Assembly: GCF_028641065.1 (NCBI RefSeq)
Contig: NC_073391.1
Span: forward strand, 43,958,001 to 44,022,000
Origin: Leucoraja erinacea
Taxonomy: Eukaryota
DNA length: 64,000 nt
Direction of reading: 5' to 3'
Of the stretch, positions 38,874-51,644 are shown in pieces; positions within the stretch are counted from its first letter, which is position 1, and each line of letters begins with the position of its first letter. A model generated the notes under the pieces. The model searched no databases, was not told the DNA's origin, and was given only the letters and a program-made list of their open reading frames with translations. The position numbers and the translations under genes were made by a program.

Positions 38874-39614
38874 CTGAAGAGGATGATGTGGTGGCTTGGA
38901 AGTGCCTTTGACCAAGTTGCGTCTCGCAGACTTGGGGATATATTTTGCGTCTATCAACGTGTGTTTACTCAGCACTGGGGCACGTTGTCATAATTGCTCT
39001 TCTGCGCCACCATGTCGCCTTGTTGATATTTGGGAAAGTCAAACTCCCCATAGTTGCAGTTATTTGCGATCTCTCCCCATATTTGCCCCTCTAATTCCCG
39101 CTGACTATAAGGAGCCCCAGGTGCAATAACAGTGATCCTGCCTTCCTCCTCCTCAGTTCCACCCTTATAGCTCCCACTTGCGTTTAATTCTTTAACTCTT
39201 GGTTATATCTGTGAAGGATAATTTAAATTGCAGATTATAAAAAATATATTGTAGATATATTCAGCAACATATGTTAACCTTCATCTCACATAACTGCAGA
39301 CGCCTGAGTTGGCGTGCAAATATGCAGCAGGCATGAATTCCGTTCACATGTCAGACACTTCCCTCAGTGAGAAAACGCGTTGATATTCAAAACCCGGAGA
39401 GAATAAATAGGGGGGGGGGGGGGGGGGGGGGGGGGGTCCCAAAGGCCGTTGGAGGCAAAGATACAGTTGGAGGTGTGCAATTCATCAACACATTAAAACA
39501 AGCTGCCTTATGGTATCTGTTGTTTAACATATTCATTTTAAGTATCTTTGAACTCCGCTCCATGAGGTTTTAGAATACGATAGCTAGTATCGACCATTCT
39601 GTCATCTGGGGAGA

Positions 39615-39975
39615 GGTACATGAGCATCAGCTGCAGAACCAGCAGGATGCTACACGGCTTCTTTCCGCAGGCAATAAGACTGGTTAACGGACTGTGTCCC
39701 CTCCCCATATATCATACACCATCACATCTAACCTCGCCCATACTTTGACAGCTGGGCACCTGTCAAAGCAAAGCCACTGTTCGGACTGAATGTCTGTTTT
39801 TATTTCAATTTTTAGGCCTATTTTAGATATAGTAATTTTAATTTTTAAAGCAATATGTATTTATTCTGTTTTTATTAACCGCACTGATGGGAACTGGTTG
39901 AGAAACATTGTTTTCGTTTCATCTGTGTATGTAAGTACTCAGTTAAAATGACATTAAAGTAAATACTGAAATACT
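39615..39975 (+). mobile_element. Rex1-like LINE 3' end
   Basis: SISCRTSRMLHGFFPQAIRLVN resembles the Rex1 C-terminus seen at 42918-43330. Confidence 0.5.
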
Positions 39976-40449
39976 TTACATGCTCACTAATATTTCCATT
40001 TTACATTAATTACACACAGACTTGCCATCAACTCATTTGTTGCCACTAACTTTGAACTACACTGCGTGCAAAGTTCAGCGGACGCCAACAAGTATCAATT
40101 GTCAATATTGTCCTTACCTTGGCACATGCAGCACTCAGAAGCCACCAGCTGGTATCTGCTATGAAACACATTTTAACTTCCCTGTACTTAGCGTACCCCG
40201 TTAAGCCAAGACCCAAAAAGTTGCGATCCAGTGTCAAATGATTTACGTATTAATTATGATTAATTATTAAATTACTTTTAAATGATAAATTATTATAACA
40301 TTATACTATAATTAAGTATACTGTTATACTTATATAATGTACGTTTACCTTTGTACCTTGTTGCATTCGGGACCGTGAAGTCGCGGCTTTTGTACAATGT
40401 AAGAGTAACACACATTCCTGTAATTAACATATCTGCACTTCCTTAGTTG

Positions 40450-40610
40450 GTAGGTACACAAACATGCTGGAGAAACTCAGCGGGTGCAGCAGCATCTGTG
40501 GAGCGAAGGAAATAGGCAACAGAAGGGTTTCGGCCCGAAACGTTGCCTATTTCCTTCGCTCCATAGACGCTGCTGCACCCGCTGAGTTTCTCCAGCATTC
40601 TGTGTACCTA
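40450..40610. mobile_element. Fold-back Penelope-derived mini-element
   Basis: ~70-bp inverted arms around agaagggtttcggcccgaaac. Confidence 0.8.
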
Positions 40611-40854
40611 CCACCTAAGGAGTAAACGGGTCATTTTCAGAATGGCAGGCAGTGACTAGCTGGGTACCGCAAGGCTCAGTGCTGGGACCCCAGCTATTTA
40701 TAATATATATTAATCATTTGGACATTTAAAATACAACTCTCGTTGGCCAAAGTGCTTTACATTGGTGGAGGTACTAACTAATGTCATTCCATTCACATTC
40801 AATTCACACTTTATATTTGTTTTTGTTTTAAGTTTATTGCGCTTCATGGTGCTT

Positions 40855-41245
40855 TAGAAACTTATAGAAAACTTACAGAATTCTTAAGGGGTTGGACAGG
40901 CTAGATGCAGGAAGATTGTTCCCGATGTTGGGGAAGTCCAGGACAAGGGGTCATAGTTTAAGGATAAAGGGGAAATCCTTTAGGACCGAGATGAGAACTA
41001 TATTTTTCACACAGAGTGGTGAATCTATGGAACTCTCTGCCACAGAAGGTAGTTGAGGCCAGTTCATTGGCTATATTTAAGAGGGAGTTAGATGTGACCC
41101 TTGTGGCTAAATGGATCATGGGGTATGGAGAGAAGGCAGGTACAGGATACTGAGTTGGATGATCAGCCATGATCACATTGAATGGCGGTGCAGGCTCGAA
41201 GGGCCGAATGGCCTACGCCTGCACCTATTTGCTATGTTTTTATGT
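40855..41245 (+). mobile_element. CR1-type LINE 3' fragment
   Basis: Young CR1 3' end. Confidence 0.88.
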
Positions 41246-41309
41246 TTCGAGACACGGAAGGGGAGTCATTAGAGGGCGAGGAGTGTATTGGCATTTCATT
41301 ACCGCATGA

Positions 41310-41389
41310 CCTCTGTTGGTTTGGAGAAACGGACAATCCAGACAGGTTCTGAGACCGAGGGTGCCGGAAAATCGGTGTTCAACCTGTAC
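41310..41389 (-). mobile_element. Possible Tc1/pogo (Tigger-like) DNA-transposon terminus
   Basis: Minus strand TA-CAGGTTGAACACCGATTTTCCGG resembles pogo-type ends; the partner end was not found. Confidence 0.35.
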
Positions 41390-42824
41390 TAGGGTGTAGA
41401 CACAAAATGTTCTGTGAGGCAGCGACTGTACCGCTGCGCTGTGCTGCATGGAAAAACATGTTACAACCCAACCTATTGGCTTGACACACACAACACATGC
41501 ATGCACAATCCGTGTCCGGTGCACAGCTGTATCCGTGTACTGTACCCCAGACTTCCACAGGCCCTGCATAAAACAATACGCCAGGAAAGTCCAGTTTATC
41601 AAAATAAAAATGACTTTATTCCTAATGGGAAGAAACATAAGATTCACATTTGGGGCTATTGACACCAGATCGCGTACATATTACACAGTGGGGAGAACAA
41701 AAGCAGAACGTTGCAGAGAAAGTGTTATGCACTTGGATCAAATGCAACGAAAGCACATTTACCTCAGCCTTTCACATCTCCGATGTCCAACACCGGGAGA
41801 ACGTACAAACTCCGTACAGACAAGCACCCTTAGTCAATATCAAACACTGATCTCTGGCGCTGTAAGGCAGCAACTCTACCACTGTGCTACTCTTCAAGCA
41901 TGATCTAACTAAATGTACGTTCTCCTCACGACATGTGTGGGTTTTCACTGGTAAACCTCCCACACTCCAAAGACGTACATAGCTTGTAGCCCAATTGGCT
42001 TGGTATAAATTTAAATTATCCCTAGTGTGTGTAGGATAGTGTTAATGTGCTGGGACCGCTGGTCGGCCGGGAGGCCTGTTTCTGCTCTGAATTTCTAAAA
42101 TAAAAATCTCAGCGGGTCAGGCAGCATCTCTGGAGAACATGGACAGGCGAAATTTCTAATCTGGACCCTTACTCAGACTGATTGCTTGGGGAGGGGTAAA
42201 AAATTTTGGAAGAGAGGAGGGGCAGGACAAAGCATAGTAGGTAATAGGTAAATACATGTGATGGGTAATAGGAGAACACAGGTCAGGAAGAGTCCCGACC
42301 CGAAACGTCACCTATCCACGTTCTCCAGGAATGCTGACTGACCCGCTGTTACTCCAGCTCCTACAGTTACTCTATGAATCAGCATCTAAAGTTCCTTGCT
42401 TCTACATAATATTATTCTCTGCATCAAATATACTGACTGATGGTCACAGAGGAAAGGCAGTTTTGCATCAGCAGATTGATTCAACCATCCATAAAACAGT
42501 AGTCTCCGCATTTTCGCACGGAAGTGGAATACTTATCAAGAATAGATTGCAGTTTTACGTCTCCAATTGGACAGCATACATCCAGTATTCCGTATTGTCT
42601 TTGCCAACTTTATATGCATTGTAGAGGGAAATTATTTCCTCGGGTTTAACCCTAAATTTTGCTGTTAAGGAATAGAGATAAGAGGAGACAAAGTGCCAGT
42701 TGCTGTTTCCAGTGAGCTCCTGCATTCACACAGAATTTGTGCTGCAATTACACTATTATTCTGATTATCACTTCTGAGTTGTAGCCAGGTCTTGGGACCT
42801 CATGGGAGGAAAAGACGAAGGCAC

Positions 42825-43548
42825 ACGGCACAGTGGCACAGCGGTAGAGTTGCTGCCTTACAGTGCCAGAGATCCGGGTTCCATCCCGGCTTCGGGTCCT
42901 CTCTGTACGGAGTTTGCCCAGTCCATCATCGGACCTGACCTTCCTTCCATCGGGGTGATTTATCGCAGTCGCTGCCTTAAAAAGGCTGGCAATATCATCA
43001 AAGACCTACACCATCCTGGCCACACACTCATCTCCCTGCTACCTTCAGGTAGAAGGTACAGGAGCCTGAAGACTGCAACAACCAGGTTCAGGAATACCTA
43101 CTTCCCCACAGCCATCAGGCTATTAAACCTGGCTCGGACAAAACTCTGATCATCAATAACCTATTATCTGTTATTTGTACTATTTATTCATGTGTGTGTA
43201 TATATTTATACAATGGTATATGGACACATTGATCTGTTTTGTAGTAAATGCCTACTATGTTCTGTGTGCTGAAGCAAAGCAAGAATGTCATTGTCCTATC
43301 AGGGGCACATGACAATAAACTCACTTGAACTTGTACGTTCTCCCTGTGATCGCGTGGGTTTTCTCCGAGATCTTTGGATTCCTCCCACCCTTCAAAGACA
43401 CCCAGGTTTTGAGGTTAATTGGCTTGGTATAATTGTAAAATTGTCCCCAGCGTGTGTAGGATAGTGCTAATGTGCGGGATTTCTGGTCGGTGCGGTCGCG
43501 GTGGGCCGAAGGGCCTGTTTCCGCGCTGTATCTCTAAACTAAACTAAA
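42825..43548 (+). mobile_element. HE1/V-SINE-type SINE split by a Rex1-like 3' fragment (42918-43330)
   Basis: QSIIGPDLPSI...IIKDLHHPGHTLISLLPSGRRYRSLKTATTRFRNTYFPTAIRLLN lies inside the SINE; the same Rex1 tail occurs at 46915-47190 (-). Confidence 0.82.
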
Positions 43549-44060
43549 CACACAATAGTTACCAGCTGATCCAGAACGGAGAAACAAGTAACTGCAGATG
43601 CTGGCTTACACTAAAGGACACAAAATGCAGGAGTAACTCAATTAGTCAGGCAGCAGCTGGAGTAACTCAGTGTGCCAGGCAGCCTGAAGAAGGGTCCCGA
43701 CCCGATATGTCACCTATCCATATCCTACCCAGAGATGCTGCCTGACCCGCTGAGTTACTCCAGCACTTTGTGTTCTTTAGCATCCTTCAATCCAGAACAT
43801 ACCGTAGCAACAAGGAACTGCAGATGCTGCTTTACACAGAAGGAAACAAAGCTCTGGAGTAACTCAAGGGAGCCAGAAGAGTCATAACCTGAAACTTCAC
43901 TTATGTTCTCCAGAGATGACGCCTGATCCGCTGAGTTTGTACTCCAGCACTTTGTGTTCTGTTATATTTGATTCCAGGCCAGGAATATTAGAAGATGAAA
44001 AAAATACAGTGGACAGCAATCATTCCTTGGGTCAACAGCAGCAGAATCCAACCTGAGCAA

Positions 44061-44846
44061 TCACTTGTGAACTCGCTGGTGCCTCAGCAGTGTGGATGAC
44101 TGCGCAAATCCTTTTCCACATACAGAGCAGAAGAAGGGTCTCTCCCCGGTGTGAACTCGCTGGTGCTTCTGGAGGTGGGAGGACCGGGCAAATCCTTTCC
44201 CACACACGGAGCAGATGAACGGCCACTCCCCGGTGTGAACTTGCTGATGCGTGATCAGCACCTTCTTGCTCTTAAAGCTCTTCTCGCAGTCGGAACATTT
44301 GAAGGGCCGCTGGTTGGTGTGAACCAGTTGGTGAGCCGTGAGCTGGGAGGACTGAGGGAATCCCTTCCCGCACTCCGAGCAGGTGAACGGCCTCTCCCCG
44401 GTGTGTGTGCGCTGGTGCACCGTGAGGTCAGATGATCGCCTGAAGCCGGTCCCGCAGTGAGAGCACCTGAACGGCCTCTCGTCGGTGTGAATACGCTGGT
44501 GGCACGTTAGTTCCCCCGAGCTCTTGTAGCACTTGGCACAGTCCGGGCAGTTGAAAGGTCTCTCGTCGGTGTGAACCCGCCGATGCTTCAACAGGGCGGA
44601 GAAATGCGTGAATCCTTTGGCGCACACGGAGCAGGTGAACGGCCTCTCCCCGGTGTGGCTGCGCCGGTGGATCTCGAGTTCGAAAGGGTAACTGAAGCCC
44701 TTCCCACAATCTCCGCACTTGCACGGTTTCTCCCCGGCGTGGCTGTGCCTGTGCCTCGACAGGCCGGACGCCCGGCTGAAGCCTCGCCCACACACGGAGC
44801 ACGTGTACGGCTTCTCCACGCAATGAGCCGGACCCTTCGCTTCCAT
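44061..44846 (-). CDS. C2H2 zinc-finger protein, 261 aa, 9 tandem fingers (ZNF-A)
   Basis: Intact C-x2-C-x12-H-x3-H repeats with TGERP linkers; in-frame upstream TGA at 44874-44876; strong 3' splice site (tttgtag|ggg) at 44939-44940. Confidence 0.93.
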   Translation of the reverse strand: MEAKGPAHCVEKPYTCSVCGRGFSRASGLSRHRHSHAGEKPCKCGDCGKGFSYPFELEIHRRSHTGERPFTCSVCAKGFTHFSALLKHRRVHTDERPFNCPDCAKCYKSSGELTCHQRIHTDERPFRCSHCGTGFRRSSDLTVHQRTHTGERPFTCSECGKGFPQSSQLTAHQLVHTNQRPFKCSDCEKSFKSKKVLITHQQVHTGEWPFICSVCGKGFARSSHLQKHQRVHTGERPFFCSVCGKGFAQSSTLLRHQRVHK

Positions 44847-45269
44847 GTCTCGGGGTGCAACAACGAGCGGGTCTCAGTGGACAAGGTGAGAGCGCCGTCG
44901 CTTTGGCGCCTGTCCGAAAATCCCCGCCTTCTGAACCCCTACAAAGCGAATTGAAAGCAGGAGAAGGAGAAAAATAATGGAGCACGAAAGTTTGCATCAA
45001 ATAACTGAAAAAGACTGAAACCGAGTGAAAAGGATGTGGTGATGTCGTGATTAAGATTGCCACGTAAAACACAACAAAATGCCCAACATGTATTCAGGAG
45101 GAGGGAGTAAGCTGGAAGATAGTGACGGAGAGGAAGTCTATACCTCAGCAGACTGACCTGAATTTTGACTATGCTTCCCAAATTGGCAAACTTCAGCTGT
45201 AAGATTAAGAAGTAAGGGCACGATAATTCAGTTTCCTTCTGGGCAGTATACGAAATTGTTTTGTTTAGG

Positions 45270-45520
45270 TGGTCACAGTGACGAAACCGGTAAAGCTCAT
45301 GCCTCGCAGCACATGGAGACCCAGGTTTGATCCTGATCTCGGGTGCTGTCTGCGTGGAGTTTGCATGTTCTTCCTGTGACCGTGTGAGTTTCCTCCGGGT
45401 GCTCCGGTTTCGTCCCACATGCCAAATGCATGCGGGTTTGCTGGTTAATTGACCTCGGTAAATTTGCCTCCCGTGCGTAGGGAGTGGATGCAAACGTGGA
45501 GTAACAGAACTGGTATGATG
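45270..45520 (+). mobile_element. V-SINE-type SINE
   Basis: Head and central-domain homology. Confidence 0.7.
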
Positions 45521-46279
45521 GACAAGAGAGCTGCATTCAGGGCCAGCTGTGCCTTCTGCATTTAACACCATTCCTAATGCAAAAGGCCTTATCTGCAATT
45601 GGTAAAATGCTGCAAAATGCAACGGGTCTTTCCTTAACGTGAGCCAACCTTACTTGTCGCACCCAGCGCAAATCCACAAACAACACTACCAGGGTGGGGC
45701 AAATGTTTCTGCCTAGCCACAAAATGCTGGAGTAACTCAGCGGGATAGGCAGCATCTCTGGAGAGAAGGAATGGTTGATGTTTCGGGTCGAGACCCTTCT
45801 TCAGACTGATGACTGACCTTTGATAATTGGTTCTGCCTGATGTATTGTCCTACCAAACTTATTTCGCCTTATCTTCACATGATCCTTCCGACCACCACCC
45901 ACACTCCTCCTCCCCCCTTCCTCAGCTCCAACGGGTCCAGTCCCTTCCCATGACATGGTACATGGATAGGGCAGGATTAGAGGGAGATGGTCAAACGCAT
46001 GTTGGTGGGACTAGTGTAGATGGGACATGATGGGCCGAAGGGCCTGTTTCCGCGCTGTAAGACTCTAGGACTGATCTATGACACATATTTCCAGCATTTA
46101 CAGTTTTATTTGTTTTCTATTGCTGTAAGTTGTAGATTCGGTTACATGCATGACATAGGAAATAAAACAAGAGAAATAAACCCACTTCCACGTCGGTAAA
46201 ATGAAATATCAAGGTGACAATGATGGAAATTGCAGCTGATGGGTGTCGGGGGGTAGGTGGGAAACGTACCAAGGCAGTG

Positions 46280-46665
46280 GACTAATGGCGGCCAAAAGAT
46301 CCACAATGCTCTTCGCGCCGCAAGTGCTCTATCCATCCTATTGATTTTCCCAGCGGAGAGTGCGCATGCTCCACCTGGCCGCGCTGCATGCTGGTCCCGT
46401 CCTTTGTCGAGAGTCGGTGTCGCTGGAAACGGGAGGAGACGGCGAGGAGTCGGTGCTTCTGGCGGCGCCGCGTCGTTGCTCGAATGGTGGCGGGAGCTCG
46501 CTGACGATCCGCCGGGTCGCGCCTGTGGCCCGGAGCCGAGGACCGGGACGTTGCCCGGCGTTACCCAGGCCCGCGGCCGCCCTCACTGCGCATGCGCGGG
46601 GGCTGGCGAGGGGGGGGGGGGGGCTCTCCACCTCGCGCATGCGCACCTCTCCCCTGTCAGCTGTG
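46280..46665. promoter_or_regulatory. CpG island; probable bidirectional promoter of ZNF-A and ZNF-B
   Basis: CpG-dense; NRF1-type GCGCATGCGC at 46587-46598 and 46634-46645; YY1-like AATGGCGGC at 46284; lies between divergent ZNFs. Confidence 0.7.
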
Positions 46666-48434
46666 GACCTGCCTGGTCACTGACAGCAAGCAGCAGGGAA
46701 CAGGTACAGACTGCAGCTGCTGGTTAACATCGAAGATAAGACACAAAATGCTGGAGTAATTCGGCGGGACAGGCTTCATCTCTGGATGGAAGAAAGAGGT
46801 GAGGTTGCGGGTCGAGACGTTCCTTCTAGCTGAGAGGCAGGGGAGAGGGAATCGAGAGATATGGAAGGGTAAGGTGTGAAAACGTGAGATCAAAGGGGAC
46901 GAAATCAAGGAAAATGTTCAAGTTCAAGTGAATTTATTGTCATGTGTCCCTGTATAGGACAATTAAATTCTTGCTTTGCTTCAGCACACAGAACATAGTA
47001 GGCATTTACTACAAAACAGATAAGTGTGTCCGTATACCATAATATGAAGGTTACACAAAAAAGCTGGAGAAACTCATACCATAATATGAATATATACACA
47101 CTTGAATAAATAAACTGATGAAGTGCAAATAACAGAAAATGGGTTATTAATAATCAGAGTTTTGTCCGAGCCAGGTTTAATAGCCTGATGGCCGAAGAGC
47201 AGGAGGAATCAAAGATGGGGTGCAGCGAGAGTGAATGTTGCAAAATACTCGTCGGACAGAAGAGAACTTCAAAGTGTTTTGTGTCTATCTTCAATGTAAA
47301 CCAGCACCTGTACTGTAGTTCCTTTTACACATTGCGTCTTCTCCACTGTGAAATCTCGTCAAGGTATGCCTACTTTGAAAACATTCTTCACATTAGGCAT
47401 TCTTCAATTCTGCACTATTCTCTCTCGCTGCACCCCCTCTGTCATTTCACCTGCCCTCCAGCTGTACAACATTTTCCTTCATCTTCGTCCCCTTTGACTG
47501 ATTGTTTTCACACTTTACCCTTCCATGTCTCTTGTTTCCCTCTCCCCTGACTCTCAGTCGGAAGAAGGGTCTCGATCCAAAACATCACTCATTCCTTCTA
47601 CCCAGAGATGCTGCCTGTTTGCTGAGTTACTCCAGCATTTTGTGTCTATATTCCGTTTGAATGAATGAGACTTTATTATTATTATTATCACAGGTGACAT
47701 GTCACAGTGGAATTCCTTGTTTTGCATACCTTACACAAAGTATGCAAATAATCGCCACATAAAGGGCACTGACAAAGTTACAAAGTGCTCAATGTAGTTC
47801 CAATGGTCCATCTTTGTTCCCTTGGTGGGCCACCCATGCCGGGTCCCTCTTTGGTTTGTCTGCTAATTCTGTTACTTAATTAGGTTTATTATTGTCATGT
47901 ATACTGAGGTACAGTGAAAATATTTGTTTTGCACGCTATCCAAGCAAATCAGATAATACAATACATAAATACAATCAATGTGTAGGAAGGAACTACAGAT
48001 GCTAGTTTACACTGAAGATAGACACAAAATACTGGAGTAACTCAGCTGGTCAGGCAGCATCCCAAACTGGATTTGGGTTGGGACATTACTTTTGATTGTT
48101 GCAAAGTCCGCTATTTACAGTAATGGCTTTTTAAAACTCTCTTTACAGGGTGCGGGAGGTTAATGATTTGCTGAAAAACTCAACAAGAACTCAAGTAAAG
48201 TTCTGGCATGTCGTCCACTTCATCGGAGTTTTGAATGGATGGTGAAGCATTTAGTTGTAGGGCAAGTGGAGAACAATTTCAAACATCATTTGAGATGTGG
48301 AAAACCTTCCAAGAAACTCAGGCACAGAAGAAGGAGTGCAGCGTTGCATTGAATGGAAAACAGGTACGGACACTTTGGCTGCCAACGCATTGTGCTATTA
48401 ACAACATGGAGACATTGTACACCTGTATTTACTT

Positions 48435-48735
48435 TTAGTTTTAGAGATGCAACGCAGAAATAGGCCCTTCGGCCCACCGAGTCTGAGCTGAACAGCGATC
48501 CCCGCACACTAACACTACCTCACACACACTAGGGACTATTTACAATTTTACCAATGCCAATTGATCTACCAACCTGTACGTCTTTCAAGTGTGAGTGGAA
48601 ACCAGAGCACTCTGAGAAAACCAAAGCAAGGTCACGGGGAGAACGAACAAACTCCGTACAGACAGCACCCGCAGTCAGAATCGAAGCCGGGTCTCTGGCA
48701 TTGTGAGGCAGCATCTCGACCGCTGCACCACTATG
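48435..48735 (-). mobile_element. HE1/V-SINE-type SINE inserted in the ZNF-B coding exon region
   Basis: Full antisense SINE abutting the finger array. Confidence 0.85.
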
Positions 48736-49443
48736 TTCAGCCTGGAGGAACACAGGGACGCTTACACCACGGAGAAGCCGTGGAAGTGTGGGGACTGCGG
48801 GAAGGGATTTAATTACCCGTCGCAGCTGGAAACGCACCGGCGCAGCCACACGGGGGAGAGGCCGTTCATCTGCTCCCTGTGCGGAAAGGGCTTCACCAAG
48901 TCGTCCGGCCTGGTGACGCACCAGCGGATTCACACGGGGGAGAGGCCGTTCACTTGCCCTCTGTGCGGGAAGAGGTTCACCGAGCTCTCCAAGCTGCAGG
49001 CCCACCGGCGGGTCCACACCGAGGAACGGCCCTTCCAATGCCCCGAGTGCGACAAGAAGTACAAGAGCAAGAACGACCTGCTGACCCACCAGCGCACCCA
49101 CACGGGCGAGAGGCCGTTCACTTGCTCCGCGTGTGGGAAGCGGTTCTCCTGGTCGTCCAACCTGCTGCGGCACCAGCTGGTCCACGCCGACGACAGACCT
49201 TTCCGCTGCTCCGCCTGCGAAAAGAGCTTCAAGACGGCGAGGGACCTGCTGACCCACCAGCTCGTCCACACCGACCGCAGGCCCTTCCAGTGCGGTGTGT
49301 GCGGGAAGAGCTCCAAGAGCAAGCAGGACCTGCTGACCCACCAGCGCACTCACACCGGGGAGAGGCCGTTCACCTGCTCCGTGTGTGGCAAGGGATTCAC
49401 CCGCTCCTCCGACCAGCTTAGACACGAGCGGGTGCACTCGTGA
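48733..49443 (+). CDS. C2H2 zinc-finger protein, ~236 aa, 8 fingers (ZNF-B)
   Basis: Intact finger array; first ATG at 48733 (the ORF-track start at 48703 is a GTG); candidate exon acceptor ctttacag|ggt at 48147-48148. Confidence 0.88.
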   Translation: MFSLEEHRDAYTTEKPWKCGDCGKGFNYPSQLETHRRSHTGERPFICSLCGKGFTKSSGLVTHQRIHTGERPFTCPLCGKRFTELSKLQAHRRVHTEERPFQCPECDKKYKSKNDLLTHQRTHTGERPFTCSACGKRFSWSSNLLRHQLVHADDRPFRCSACEKSFKTARDLLTHQLVHTDRRPFQCGVCGKSSKSKQDLLTHQRTHTGERPFTCSVCGKGFTRSSDQLRHERVHS

Positions 49444-49606
49444 CTGGCACCCGGGCACTGTTCATCACATCATGGACTGAACCCCGCATTCGTTCTAACA
49501 GGTCATGGTTAATATCTGTAGATTTTAAACTGCAACATTTTTCTGGTAATTATTCTTATCATGGGTAAGCCATCTAGTGTGACGTTAGTGTACTATGCCT
49601 GAGCCA

Positions 49607-49705
49607 CTGTCCCCCCCTCTCTCTCTCTCTGTCCCCCTCTCTGTCTCTCTGTCCCCCTCTCCCTCTCTCTGTCCCCCCCTCCCTCTCTCTGTCCCCCTCT
49701 GTCCA
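49607..49705. repeat. CT-rich low-complexity repeat (ctctgtccccc-like)
   Basis: Tandem imperfect units. Confidence 0.85.
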
Positions 49706-49949
49706 CACTCTCACTGTCCACAATCTCTCCACATTTGAGAGGGAAGCGGAACACCCGGAGGGAAACCCACAAGGTCACGGGGAGAAGGTGCAAACTCCAC
49801 AGAAGCAGCACCTGAAGTCAGGGTCAAACTCGGGTCGCGTGAGGCAGCAGGTCTGCCACTGCAACGTCTTAATGGGGTATCAAGCCACAGAGTCATGCAC
49901 TATACAACGCATAAAGGAGAATACTGCTCGGAGCAATGCAGTGCGCTCT

Positions 49950-50235
49950 ACTTTAGAGCTACAGTGCGGAAACAGGCCCTTTGGCCCCACCATGTTCATG
50001 CCAACCAGTGATCACTCCCATACACAACCACTATCCTACATCTTTGGGCCAATTTACAATTTTTTTACCAAATCCCAATAACGTACAAACCCGTACGTCT
50101 TTGGAGTGTGAGAGGAAACCAGAGCACCCGGAGAAAACCTACGAGGTCTCAGGGAGAATGTACAAACTCTGCACAGACAGCACCCTTAGTCAGGATTGAA
50201 CCCGGGTTTCTGGCGCTGTGAGGCAACTGCGCCAC
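49950..50235 (-). mobile_element. HE1/V-SINE-type SINE
   Basis: Head, body and tail homology. Confidence 0.78.
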
Positions 50236-50839
50236 TCTGAATTCACTGGTTTTCGATGTTACCGCACTAATGTTCATTTTCTTGAAGCATTTCTCCATCA
50301 AGTGATTATCCAATTCTGTTTCAATGGCTAAAACCGATCGTCTATTTATGATCTGTCAAGAAGGATACGAATCTTAATCACTCAAGACAGTGAAGTGCAA
50401 TGAACTTCTATGGACTGTCCTTGGTTGCACTAAGGATATTCAGTTTTGTTTTGTTCTTGTATTGTGGTTAATAATTTATTGAATTAATAAGACCTAGTTC
50501 TACTATCTGTTTTGGATTCTTTATCAATCGCTGTTGTTGTCAGGGGTTATGGGGAGAGGGCGGGAGAATGGGGTTAAGAGGGAAAGATAGATCAGCCATG
50601 ATTGAATGGTGGAGTCGATTCGATGGACAGAATGGTCTAATTCTTCTCCTATCACTTATGAACATGAAGTCGGCGACCATTGATGACTAACTCTTTGGCG
50701 ACAAGAATCGAGAGAGGGAGAGTCAAGACTATTTAATTGTTATACATACTGACAATGGAACAATGAAATTCTTGCAGCACCATTCCCAGACTGAGAGTCA
50801 GGGAAGTGAAAGACATACAGATAAGTACGAGTATCTTGT

Positions 50840-50968
50840 GTTAAAGAGGGAACTGCAGATGCTGGAGAATCGGAGGTTACACAGAAAAGCTGGAGAAACT
50901 CAGCGGGTGCAGCAGCATCTATGGAGCGAAGGAAATAGGCAACGTTTCGGGCCGAAACCCTTCTTCAG
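50840..50968 (-). mobile_element. Solo 129-bp Penelope-derived mini-element with a 13-bp TSD, starting at the hammerhead core
   Basis: acgagtatcttgt at 50827-50839 and 50969-50981; the element begins CTGAAGAAGGGTTTCGGCCCGAAACGTT. Confidence 0.8.
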
Positions 50969-51644
50969 ACGAGTATCTTGTTCCACATTTTCTTTGATGC
51001 CTCGTTTTTGCACCTTACCCTTCTTTATCTATGTGTCTCCCTCTTTCCTGACTGAAGAAGGGTCTTGACCTGACACGTCACCCGTCCCTTCTACCCAGAG
51101 ATGCTTCAGCATTTTCTGTCTATCTTTAGACTAAACCAGCCTCTGCAATTACTTCCCACTCCCAAGATCATAGTTCTACAACGTAATCTAGATCATCCAC
51201 TGTGTCACCGGGAAAGGGCTCAGTGGTTACGCAGGTAGTTGGCACTCATGGGCCAAGTCCTCTGGAAATATACTAATATCAACACCACTTACAAAAGATT
51301 GATTTTGAAAAGTTATATTATTCAGATAATCATTCATACATTGCATGGAAACAAGTCCCTTTGCCCACCACGTCTCTGGCAGACTACAGTCACAATAGTT
51401 GCTCTACATACTTTCGCTTAGCACTACCATGGTCTAGTTTAATCTGAATAAGTGATAATTTATTGAATACACTGTTATTCTAATGTTGCCTTTAATGTGT
51501 CTGTAAAACTGTAAATCAAGAATTTATTGTTCTGGTTTTTATCTGTTGTACATTACATGACAAATAAACACTCTTGACTGTGCCTTTAATTTCTTCTGTC
51601 TGTCGTGGATAGACTAATTTTCCTGTTGAAATTCTGGGGATTTT

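Noticed and set aside
48425-48740. SINE removed as an intron (GT at 48425, AG at 48739-48740) to restore the old ZNF-B N-terminus
   Set aside because: The donor is weak and the phases do not match (1 versus 2).
48529-49458. 309-aa antisense ORF and other overlapping ORFs on the ZNF genes
   Set aside because: These are shadow frames of GC3-rich repetitive finger codons; this one also runs into a SINE.
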